Of a stretch of 64,000 nucleotides of DNA, positions 43,401 to 57,033 are shown in pieces (position 1 is the first letter of the stretch; every line of letters begins with the position of its first letter). This DNA is from the human T2T-CHM13v2.0 reference genome, Homo sapiens. The notes beneath the pieces were generated by a model. It was not told where the DNA came from and ran no database searches. It worked only from the letters and a program-made list of their open reading frames with translations. Location of the stretch: the NCBI RefSeq assembly GCF_009914755.1, contig NC_060925.1; one strand, written 5' to 3'. A program made the translations under genes and the position numbers.

Positions 43401-46400
43401 CATCCAACGGAAGCTAATGGAATCAACATCGAATGAATCGAATGGAAACACCATCGAATTGAAACGAATGGAATTATCATGAAATTGAAATGGATGGACT
43501 CATCATCGAATGGATTCGAATGGAATCATCGAATAAAATTGATTGAAATCATCATCAAATGGAATCGAATGGTATCATTGAATGGAATCGAATGGAATCA
43601 TCTTCAGATGGAAATGAATGGAATCGTCATAGAATGGAATCGAATGGATTCATTGAATGGAATCAGATGGAATCATCGAATGGACTGGAATGGAATCATT
43701 GAATGGACTCGAAAGGGATCATTATTGAATGGAATTGAATGGAATCATCGAATGGTCTCGATTGGAATCATTATCAAATGGAATCGAATGGAATCACCGA
43801 ATAGAATCGAATGGAACAATCATCGAATGGACTCAAATGGAATTATCCTCCAATGGAATCGAATGGAATTATCGAATGCAATCGAATGGAATTATCGAAT
43901 GCAATCGAATAGAATCATCGAATGGACTCGAATGGAATCATCGAATGGAATGGAATGGAACAGTCAATGAACTCGAATGGAATCATCATTGAATGGAATC
44001 GAATGGAATCATCGAGTGGAATCGAATGGAATTATGATCAAATGGAATCCAATGTAATCATCATCAAATGGAATCAAAAATGACCATCATCAATTGGTAT
44101 TGAATGGAATTGTCATCAAATGGAATTGAAAGGAATCATCATCAAATGGAACCGAATGGAATCCTCATTGAATGGAAATGAAAGGGGTCATCATCTAATG
44201 GAATCGCATGGAATCATCATTAAATGGAATCGAATGGAATCATCATAAAATGGAATCTAATGGAATCATTGAAAAGAATTGAATGGAATCGTCATCGAAT
44301 GAATTGAATGCAATCATCGAATGGTCTCGAATGGAATCATCTTCTAATGGAAAGGAATGGAATCATCGCATAGAATCGAATGGAATTATCATCGAATGGA
44401 ATCGAATGGTATCAACACCAAACGGAAAAAAACGGAATTATGGAATGGAATCGAAGAGAATCTTCGAACGGACCCGAATGGAATCATTTAATGGAATGGA
44501 ATGGAATAATCCATGGACTCGAATGCAATCATCATCGAATGGAATCGAATGGAATCATCGAATGGACTCGAATGGAATAATCATTGAACGGAATCGAATG
44601 GAATCATCATCGGATGGAAACGAATGGAATCATCATCGAATGGAAATGAAACGAGTCATCATCTAATGGAATTGCATGGAATCATCATAAAATGGAATCG
44701 AATGGAATCAACATCAAATGGAATCAAATGGAATCATTGAACGGAATTGAATGGAATCGTCATCGAATGAATTGAATGCAATCATCGAATGGTCTCGAAT
44801 GGAATCATCTTGAAATGGAATGGAATGGAATCATCGCATAGAATCGAATGGAATTATCATCGAATGGAATCGAATGGAATCAACATCAAACGGAAAAAAA
44901 CGGAATTATCGTATGGAATCGAAAAGAATCATCGAATGGACCCGAATGGAATCATCTAATGGAATGGAATGGAATAATCCATGGACTCGAATGCAATCAT
45001 CATCGAATGGAATCGAATGGAATCATCGAATGGACTCGAATGGAATAATCATTGAACGGAATCGAATGGAATCATCATCGGATGGAAATGAATGGAATCA
45101 TCATCGAATGGAATCGGATAGAATTATGGAATGAAATCCAGTGTGATCATCATCGAATGGACCCGAATGGAATCATCATCCAACGGAAGCTAATGGAATC
45201 AACATCGAATGAATCGAATGGAAACACCATCGAATTGAAACGAATGGAATTATCATGAAATTGAAATGGATGGACTCATCATCGAATGGATTCGAATGGA
45301 ATCATCGAATAAAATTGATTGAAATCATCATAGAATGTAATCGAATGGTATCATTGAATGGAATCGTATGGAATCATCATCAGATGGAAATTAATGGAAT
45401 CGTCATAGAATGGAATCGAATGGATTCATTGAATGGAATCAGATGGAATCATCGAATGGACTGGAATGGAATCATTGAATGGACTCGAAAGGGATCATGA
45501 TTGAATGGAATTGAATGGAATCATCGAATGGTCTCGATTGGAATCATTATCAAATGGAAACGAATGGAATCACCGAATAGAATCGAATGGAACAATCATC
45601 GAATGGACTCAAATGGAATTATCCTCAAATGGAATGGAATGGAATTATCGAATGCAATCGAATGGAATTATCGAATGCAATCGAATAGAATCATCGAATG
45701 GACTCGAATGGAATCATCGAATGGAATGGAATGGAACAGTCAATGAACTCGAATGGAATCATCATTGAATGGAATCGAATGGAATCATCGAGTGGAATCG
45801 AATGGAATTATGATCAAATGGAATCGAATGTAATCATCATCAAATGGAATCAAAAATAACCATCATCAATTGGTATTCAATGGAATTGTCATCAAATGGA
45901 ATTCAAAGGAATCATCATCAAATGGAACCGAATGGAATCCTCATTGAATGGAAATGAAAGGGGTCATCATCTAATGGAATCGCATGGAATCATCATCAAA
46001 TGGAATCGAATGGAATCATCATCAAATGGAATCTGATGGAATCATTGAACAGAATTGAATGGAATCGTCATCGAATGAATTGAATGCAATCATCGAATGG
46101 TCTCGAATGGAATCGTCTTCTAATGGAAAGGAATGGAATCATCGCATAGAATCGAATGGAATTATCATCGAATGGAATCGAATGGTATCAACATCAAACG
46201 GAAAAAAACGGAATTATCGAATGGAATCGAAGAGAATCTTCGAACGGACCCGAATGGAATCATCTAATGGAATGGAATGGAATAATCCATGGACTCGAAT
46301 GCAATCATCATCGAATGGAATCGAATGGAATCATCGAATGGACTCGAATGGAATAATCATTGAACGGAATCGAATGGAATCATCATCGGATGGAAACGAA

Positions 46401-49400
46401 TGGAATCATCATCGAATGGAAATGAAAGGAGTCATCATCTAATGGAATTGCATGGAATCATCATAAAATGGATTCGAATGGAATCAACATCAAATGGAAT
46501 CAAATGGAATCATTGAACGGAATTGAATGGAATCGTCATCGAATGAATTGAATGCAATCATCGAATGGTCTCAATGGAATCATCTTCAAATGGAATGGAA
46601 TGGAATCATCGCATAGAATCGAATGGAATTATCATCGAATGGAATCGAATGGAATCAACATCAAACGGAAAAAAACGGAATTATCGTATGGAATCGAAGA
46701 GAATCATCGAATGGACCCGAATGGAATCATCTAATGGAATGGAATGTAATAATCCATGGACTCGAATGCAATCATCATGGAATGGAATCGAATGGAATCA
46801 TCGAATGGACTCGAATGGAATAATCATTGAACGGAATCGAATGGAATCATCATCGGATGGAAACGAACGGAATCATCATCGAATGGAATCGAATAGAATT
46901 ATGGAATGAAATCCAGTGTGATCATCATCGAATGGACCCGGATGGAATCATCATCCAACGGAAGCTAATGGAATCAACATCGAATGAATCGAATGGAAAC
47001 ACCATCGAATTGAAACGAATGGAATTATCATGAAATTGAAATGGATGGACTCATCATCGAATGGATTCGAATGGAATCATCGAATAAAATTGATTGAAAT
47101 CATCATCAAATGGAATCGAATGGTATCATTGAATGGAATCGAATGGAATCATCATCAGATGGAAATGAATGGAATCGTCATAGAATGGAATCGAATGGAT
47201 TCATTGAATGGAATCAGATGGAATCATCGAATGGACTGGAATGGAATCATTGAATGGACTCGAAAGGGATCATTATTGAATGGAATTGAATGGAATCATC
47301 GAATGGTCTCGATTGGAATCATTATCAAATGGAATCGAATGGAATCACCGAATAGAATCGAATGGAAGAATCATCGAATGGACTCAAATGGAATTATCCT
47401 CAAATGGAATCGAATGGAATTATCGAATGCAATCGAATGGAATTATCGAATGCAATCGAATAGAATCATCGAATGGACTCGAATGGAATCATCGAATGGA
47501 ATGGAATGGAACAGTCAATGAACTCGAATGGAATCATCATTGAATGGAATCGAATGGAATCATCGAGTGGAATCGAATGGAAATATGATCAAATGGAATC
47601 GAATGTAATCATCATCAAATGGAATCAAAAATAACCATCATCAATTGGTATTGAATGGAATTGTCATCAAATGGAATTCAAAGGAATCATCATCAAATGG
47701 AACCGAATGGAATCCTCATTGAATGGAAATGAAAGGGGTCATCATCTAATGGAATCACATGGAATCATCATCAAATGGAATCGAATGGAATCATCATCAA
47801 ATGGAATCTGATGGAATCATTGAACAGAATTGAATGGAATCGTCATCGAATGAATTGAATGCAATCATCGAATGGTCTCGAATGGAATCGTCTTCTAATG
47901 GAAAGGAATGGAATCATCGCATAGAATCGAATGGAATTATCATCGAATGGAATCGAATGGTATCAACATCAAACGGAAAAAAACGGAATTATCGAATGGA
48001 ATCGAAGAGAATCTTCGAACGGACCCGAATGGAATCATCTAATGGAATGGAATGGAATAACCATGGACTGGAAGGCAATCATCATCGAATGGAATCGAAT
48101 GGAATCATCGAATGGACTCGAATGGAATAATCATTGAACGGAATCGAATGGAATCATCATCGGATGGAAACGAATGGAATCATCATCGAATGGAAATGAA
48201 AGGAGTCATCATCTAATGGAATTGAATGGAATCATCATAAAATGGAATCGAATGGATTCAACATCAAATGGAATCAAATGGAATCATTGAACGGAATTGA
48301 ATGCAATCGTCATCGAATGAATTGAATGCAATCATCAAATGGTCTCGAATGGAATCATCTTCAAATGGAATGGAATGGAATCATCGCATAGAATCGAATG
48401 GAATTATCATCGAATGGAATCGAATGGAATCAACATCAAACGGAAAAAAACGGAATTATGGAATGGAATAAAAGAGAATCATCGAACGGACACGAATGGA
48501 ATCTTCTAATGGAATGGAATGGAATAATCCATGGACTCGAATGCAATCATCATCGAATGGAATCGAATGGAATCATCGAATGGACTCGAATGGAATAATC
48601 ATTGAACGGAATCGAATGGAATCATCATCGGATGGAAATGAATGGAATCATCATCGAATGGAATCGAATAGAATTATGGAATGAAATCCAGTGTGATCAT
48701 CATCGAATGGACCCGAATGGAATCATCATCCAACGGAAGCTAATGGAATCAACATCGAATGAATCGAATGGAAACACCATCGAATTGAAACGAATGGAAT
48801 TATCATGAAATTGAAATGGATGGACTCATCATCGAATGGATTCGAATGGAATCATCGAATAAAATTGATTGAAATCATCATCAAATGGAATCGAATGGTA
48901 TCATTGAATGGAATCGAATGGAATCATCTTCAGATGGAAATGAATGGAATCGTCATAGAATGGAATCGAATGGATTCATTGAATGGAATCAGATGGAATC
49001 ATCGAATGGACTGGAATGGAATCATTGAATGGACTCGAAAGGGATCATGATTGAATGGAATTGAATGGAATCATCGAATGGTCTCGATTGGAATCATTAT
49101 CAAATGGAAACGAATGGAATCACCGAATAGAATCGAATGGAACAATCATCGAATGGACTCAAATGGAATTATCCTCAAATGGAATGGAATGGAATTATCG
49201 AATGCAATCGAATGGAATTATCGAATGCAATCGAATAGAATCATCGAATGGACTCGAATGGAATCATCGAATGGAATGGAATGGAACAGTCAATGAACTC
49301 GAATGGAATCATCATTGAATGGAATCGAATGGAATCATCGAGTGGAATCGAATGGAATTATGATCAAATGGAATCGAATGTAATCATCAACAAATGGAAT

Positions 49401-52400
49401 CAAAAATAACCATCATCAATTGGTATTCAATGGAATTGTCATCAAATGGAATTCAAAGGAATCATCATCAAATGGAACCGAATGGAATCCTCATTGAATG
49501 GAAATGAAAGGGGTCATCATCTAATGGAATCGCATGGAATCATCATCAAATGGAATCGAATGGAATCATCATCAAATGGAATCTGATGGAATCATTGAAC
49601 AGAATTGAATGGAATCGTCATCGAATGAATTGAATGCAATCATCGAATGGTCTCGAATGGAATCGTCTTCTAATGGAAAGGAATGGAATCATCGCATAGA
49701 ATCGAATGGAATTATCATCGAATGGAATCGAATGGTATCAACATCAAACGGAAAAAAACGGAATTATCGAATGGAATCGAAGAGAATCTTCGAACGGACC
49801 CGAATGGAATCATCTAATGGAATGGAATGGAATAACCATGGACTGGAAGGCAATCATCATCGAATGGAATCGAATGGAATCATCGAATGGACTCGAATGG
49901 AATAATCATTGAACGGAATCGAATGGAATCATCATCGGATGGAAACGAATGGAATCATCATCGAATGGAAATGAAAGGAGTCATCATCTAATGGAATTGA
50001 ATGGAATCATCATAAAATGGAATCGAATGGATTCAACATCAAATGGAATCAAATGGAATCATTGAACGGAATTGAATGCAATCGTCATCGAATGAATTGA
50101 ATGCAATCATCAAATGGTCTCGAATGGAATCATCTTCAAATGGAATGGAATGGAATCATCGCATAGAATCGAATGGAATTATCATCGAATGGAATCGAAT
50201 GGAATCAACATCAAACGGAAAAAAACGGAATTATGGAATGGAATAAAAGAGAATCATCGAACGGACACGAATGGAATCATCTAATGGAATGGAATGGAAT
50301 AATCCATGGACTCGAATGCAATCATCATCGAATGGAATCGAATGGAATCATCGAATGGACTCGAATGGAATAATCATTGAACGGAATCGAATGGAATCAT
50401 CATCGGATGGAAATGAATGGAATCATCATCCAATGGAATCGAATAGAATTATGGAATGAAATCCAGTGTGATCATCATCGAATGGACCCGAATGGAATCA
50501 TCATCCAACGGAAGCTAATGGAATCAACATCGAATGAATCGAATGGAAACACCATCGAATTGAAACGAATGGAATTATCATGAAATTGAAATGGATGGAC
50601 TCATCATCGAATGGATTCGAATGGAATCATCGAATAAAATTGATTGAAATCATCATCAAATGGAATCGAATGGTATCATTGAATGGAATCGAATGGAATC
50701 ATCTTCAGATGGAAATGAATGGAATCGTCATAGAATGGAATCGAATGGATTCATTGAATGGAATCAGATGGAATCATCGAATGGACTGGAATGGAATCAT
50801 TGAATGGACTCGAAAGGGATCATTATTGAATGGAATTGAATGGAATCATCGAATGGTCTCGATTGGAATCATTATCAAATGGAATCGAATGGAATCACCG
50901 AATAGAATCGAATGGAACAATCATCGAATGGACTCAAATGGAATTATCCTCCAATGGAATCGAATGGAATTATCGAATGCAATCGAATGGAATTATCGAA
51001 TGCAATCGAATAGAATCATCGAATGGACTCGAATGGAATCATCGAATGGAATGGAATGGAACAGTCAATGAACTCGAATGGAATCATCATTGAATGGAAT
51101 CGAATGGAATCATCGAGTGGAATCGAATGGAATTATGATCAAATGGAATCCAATGTAATCATCATCAAATGGAATCAAAAATAACCATCATCAATTGGTA
51201 TTCAATGGAATTGTCATCAAATGGAATTCAAAGGAATCATCATCAAATGGAACCGAATGGAATCCTCATTGAATGGAAATGAAAGGGGTCATCATCTAAT
51301 GGAATCGCATGGAATCATCATCAAATGGAATCGAATGGAATCATCATCAAATGGAATCTGATGGAATCATTGAACAGAATTGAATGGAATCGTCATCGAA
51401 TGAATTGAATGCAATCATCGAATGGTCTCGAATGGAATCGTCTTCTAATGGAAAGGAATGGAATCATCGCATAGAATCGAATGGAATTATCATCGAATGG
51501 AATCGAATGGTATCAACATCAAACGGAAAAAAACGGAATTATCGAATGGAATCGAAGAGAATCTTCGAACGGACCCGAATGGAATCATCTAATGGAATGG
51601 AATGGAATAATCCATGGACTCGAATGCAATCATCATCGAATGGAATCGAATGGAATCATCGAATGGACTCGAATGGAATAATCATTGAACGGAATCGAAT
51701 GGAATCATCATCGGATGGAAACGAATGGAATCATCATCGAATGGAAATGAAAGGAGTCATCATCTAATGGAATTGCATGGAATCATCATAAAATGGATTC
51801 GAATGGAATCAACATCAAATGGAATCAAATGGAATCATTGAACGGAATTGAATGGAATCGTCATCGAATGAATTGAATGCAATCATCGAATGGTCTCGAA
51901 TGGAATCATCTTCAAATGGAATGGAATGGAATCATCGCATAGAATCGAATGGAATTATCATCGAATGGAATCGAATGGAATCAACATCAAACGGAAAAAA
52001 ACGGAATTATCGTATGGAATCGAAGAGAATCATCGAATGGACCCGAATGGAATCATCTAATGGAATGGAATGGAATAATCCATGGACTCGAATGCAATCA
52101 TCATCGAATGGAATCGAATGGAATCATCGAATGGACTCGAATGGAATAATCATTGAACGGAATCGAATGGAATCATCATCGGATGGAAACGAACGGAATC
52201 ATCATCGAATGGAATCGAATAGAATTATGGAATGAAATCCAGTGTGATCATCATCGAATGGACCCGAATAGAATCATCATCCAACGGAAGCTAATGGAAT
52301 CAACATCGAATGAATCAAATGGAAACACCATCGAATTGAAACGAATGGAATTATCATGAAATTGAAATGGATGGACTCATCATCGAATGGATTCGAATGG

Positions 52401-54090
52401 AATCATCGAATAAAATTGATTGAAATCATCATCGAATGGAATCGAATGGTATCATTGAATGGAATCGAATGGAATCATCATCAGATGGAAATGAATGGAA
52501 TCGTCATAGAATGGAATCGAATGGATTCATTGAATGGAATCAGATGGAATCATCGAATGGACTGGAATGGAATCATTGAATGGACTCAAAAGGGATCATG
52601 ATTGAATGGAATTGAATGGAATCATCGAATGGTCTCGATTGGAATCATTATCAAATGGAATCGAATGGAATCACCGAACAGAATCGAATGGAACAATCAT
52701 CGAATGGACTCAAATGGAATTATCCTCAAATGGAATCGAATGGAATTATCGAATGCAATCGAATGGAATTATCGAATGCAATCGAATAGAATCATCGAAT
52801 GGACTCGAATGGAATCATCGAATGGAATGGAATGGAACAGTCAATGAACTCGAATGGAATCATCATTGAATGGAATCGAATGGAATCATCGAGTGGAATC
52901 GAATGGAAATATGATCAAATGGAATCGAATGTAATCATCATCAAATGGAATCAAAAATAACCATCATCAATTGGTATTGAATGGAATTGTCATCAAATGG
53001 AATTCAAAGGAATCATCATCAAATGGAACCGAATGGAATCCTCATTGAATGGAAATGAAAGGGGTCATCATCTAATGGAATCGCATGGAATCATCATCAA
53101 ATGGAATCGAATGGAATCATCATCAAATGGAATCTGATGGAATCATTGAACAGAATTGAATGGAATCGTCATCGAATGAATTGAATGCAATCATCGAATG
53201 GTCTCGAATGGAATCGTCTTCTAATGGAAAGGAATGGAATCATCGCATAGAATCGAATGGAATTATCATCGAATGGAATCGAATGGTATCAACATCAAAC
53301 GGAAAAAAACGGAATTATCGAATGGAATCGAAGAGAATCTTCGAACGGACCCGAATGGAATCATCTAATGGAATGGAATGGAATAACCATGGACTGGAAG
53401 GCAATCATCATCAAATGGAATCGAATGGAATCATCGAATGGACTCGAATGGAATAATCATTGAACGGAATCGAATGGAATCATCATCGGATGGAAACGAA
53501 TGGAATCATCATCGAATGGAAATGAAAGGAGTCATCATCTAATGGAATTGAATGGAATCATCATAAAATGGAATCGAATGGATTCAACATCAAATGGAAT
53601 CAAATGGAATCATTGAACGGAATTGAATGCAATCGTCATCGAATGAATTGAATGCAATCATCAAATGGTCTCGAATGGAATCATCTTCAAATGGAATGGA
53701 ATGGAATCATCGCATAGAATCGAATGGAATTATCATCGAATGGAATCGAATGGAATCAACATCAAACGGAAAAAAACGGAATTATGGAATGGAATAAAAG
53801 AGAATCATCGAACGGACACGAATGGAATCATCTAATGGAATGGAATGGAATAATCCATGGACTCGAATGCAATCATCATCGAATGGAATCGAATGGAATC
53901 ATCGAATGGACTCGAATGGAATAATCATTGAACGGAATCGAATGGAATCATCATCGGATGGAAATGAATGGAATCATCATCGAATGGAATCGAATAGAAT
54001 TATGGAATGAAATCCAGTGTGATCATCATCGAATGGACCCGAATGGAATCATCATCCAACGGAAGCTAATGGAATCAACATCGAATGAAT
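37400..54090 (+). repeat. Mosaic domain of 1,775/1,776-bp monomers re-using the variant blocks of the 7,102-bp region, with partial 1,775-, 7,101- and 12,428-bp periodicities
   Basis: Marker spacing is uniformly 1,775 or 1,776. Private variants recur at an offset of 7,101 (41401/48502, 43849/50950) and 12,428 (34937/47365). Confidence 0.75.
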
Positions 54091-56739
54091 CGAACCGAAA
54101 CACCATCGAATTGAAACGAATGGAATTATCATGAAATTGAAATGGATGGACTCATCATCGAATGGATTCGAATGGAATCATCGAATAAAATTGATTGAAA
54201 TCATCATCAAATGGAATCGAATGGTATCATTGAATGGAATCGAATGGAATCATCATCAGATGGAAATGAATGGAATCGTCATAGAATGGAATCGAATGGA
54301 TTCATTGAATGGAATCAGATGGAATCATCGAATGGACTGGAATGGAATCATTGAATGGACTCGAAAGGGATCATTATTGAATGAAATTGAATGGAATCAT
54401 CGAATGGTCTCGATTGGAATCATTACCAAAAGGTATCGAATGGAATCACCGAATAGAATCGAATGGAACAATCATCGAATGGACTCAAATGGAATTATCC
54501 TCAAATGGAATCGAATGGAATTATCGAATGCAATCGAATGGAATTATCGAATGCAATCGAATAGAATCATCGAAAGGACTCGAATGGAATCATCGAATGG
54601 AATGGAATGGAACAGTCAATGAACTCGAATGGAATCATCATTGAATGGAATCGAATGGAATCATCGAGTGGAATCGAATGGAATTATGATCAAATGGAAT
54701 CGAATGTAATCATCATCAAATGGAATCAAAAATAACCATCATCAATTGGTATTGAATGGAATTGTCATCAAATGGAATTCAAAGGAATCATCATCAAATG
54801 GAACCGAATGGAATCCTCATTGAATGGAAATGAAAGGGGTCATCATCTAATGGAATCGCATGGAATCATCATCAAATGGAATCGAATGGAATCATCATCA
54901 AATGGAATCTAATGGAATCATTGAACAGAATTGAATGGAATCGTCATCGAATGAATTGAATGCAATCATCGAATGGTCTCGAATGGAATCATCTTCTAAT
55001 GGAAAGGAATGGAATCATCGCATAGAATCGAATGGAATTATCATCGAATGGAATCGAATGGTATCAACACCAAACGGAAAAAAACGGAATTATCGAATGG
55101 AATCGAAGAGAATCTTCGAACGGACCCGAATGGAATCATCTAATGGAATGGAATGGAATGATCCATAGACTCGAATGCAATCATCATCGAATGGAATCGA
55201 ATGGAATCATCGAATGGACTCGAATGGAATAATCATTGAACGGAATCGAATGGAATCATCATCGGATGGAAACGAATGGAATCATCATCGAATGGAAATG
55301 AAAGGAGTCATCATCTAATGGAATTGCATGGAATCATCATAAAATGGAATCGAATGGAATCAACATCAAATGGAATCAAATGGAATCATTGAACGGAATT
55401 GAATGGAATCGTCATCGAATGAATTGACTGCAATCATCGAATGGTCTCGAATGGAATCATCTTCAAATGGAATGGAATGGAATCATCGCATAGAATCGAA
55501 TGGAATTATCATCGAATGGAATCGAATGGAATCAACATCAAACGGAAAAAAACAGAATTATCGTATGGAATCGAAGAGAATCATCGAATGGACCCGAATG
55601 GAATCATCTAATGGAATGGAATGGAATAATCCATGGACTCGAATGCAATCATCATCGAATGGAATCGAATGGAATCATCGAATGGACTCGAATGGAATAA
55701 TCATTGAACGGAATCGAATGGAATCATCATCGGATGGAAATGAATGGAATCATCATCCAATGGAATCGAATAGAATTATGGAATGAAATCCAGTGTGATC
55801 ATCATCGAATGGACCCGAATGGAATCATCATCCAACGGAAGCTAATGGAATCAACATCGAATGAATCGAATGGAAACACCATCGAATTGAAACGAATGGA
55901 ATTATCATGAAATTGAAATGGATGGACTCATCATCGAATGGATTCGAATGGAATCATCGAATAAAATTGATTGAAATCATCATCCAATGGAATCGAATGG
56001 TATCATTGAATGGAATCGAATGGAATCATCATCAGATGGAAATGAATGGAATCGTCATAGAATGGAATCGAATGGATTCATTGAATGGAATCAGATGGAA
56101 TCATCGAATGGACTGGAATGGAATCATTGAATGGACTCGAAAGGGATCATGATTGAATGGAATTGAATGGAATCATCGAATGATCTCGATTGGAATCATT
56201 AACAAATGGAATCGAATGGAATCACCGAATAGAATCGAATGGAACAATCATCGAATGGACTCAAATGGAATTATCCTCCAATGGAATCGAATGGAATTAT
56301 CGAATGCAATCGAATGGAATTATCGAATGCAATCGAATAGAATCATCGAATGGACTCGAATGGAATCATCGAATGGAATGGAATGGAACAGTCAAGGAAC
56401 TCGAATGGAATCATCATTGAATGGAATCGAATGGAATCATCGAGTGGAATCGAATGGAAATATGATCAAATGGAATCGAATATAATCATCATCAAATGGA
56501 ATCAAAAATAACCATCATTAATTGGTATTGAGTGGAATTCTCATCAAATGGAATTCAAAGGAATCATCATCAAATGGAACTGAATGGAATCCTCATTGAA
56601 TGGAAATGAAAGGGGTCATCATCTAATGGAATCGCATGGAATCATCATCAAATGGAATCGAATGGAATCATCATCAAATGGAATCTGATGGAATCATTGA
56701 ACAGAATTGAATGGAATCGTCATCGAATGAATTGAATGC

Positions 56740-57033
56740 AATCATCGAATGGTCTCGAATGTAATCACATTCTAATGGAAAGGAATGGAATCATCGCATA
56801 GAATCGAATGGAATTAACATTGAATGGACTCGAATGGAATCAACATCAAACGGAATCAAGCGGAATTATCGAATGGAATCGAAGAGAATCATCGAATGGT
56901 CTCGAATGGAATCATCTTCTAATGGAAAGGAATGGAATCATCGCATAGAATCGAATGGAATTAACATTGAATGGACTCGAATGGAATCAACATCAAATGA
57001 AATCAAGCGGAATTATCGAATGAAATCGAAGAG
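56740..57033 (+). repeat. 147-bp tandem duplication inside module A1
   Basis: AATCATCGAATGGTCTCGAATG at 56740 and 56887. This accounts for the monomer length of 1,923 = 1,776 + 147. Confidence 0.92.

Noticed and set aside
46565-46580. Private 1-bp deletion (GGTCTCAATGG) generating new ORFs at 46552 and 46565
   Set aside because: It is an isolated indel or consensus error, and the ORFs are just frame-shifted satellite.
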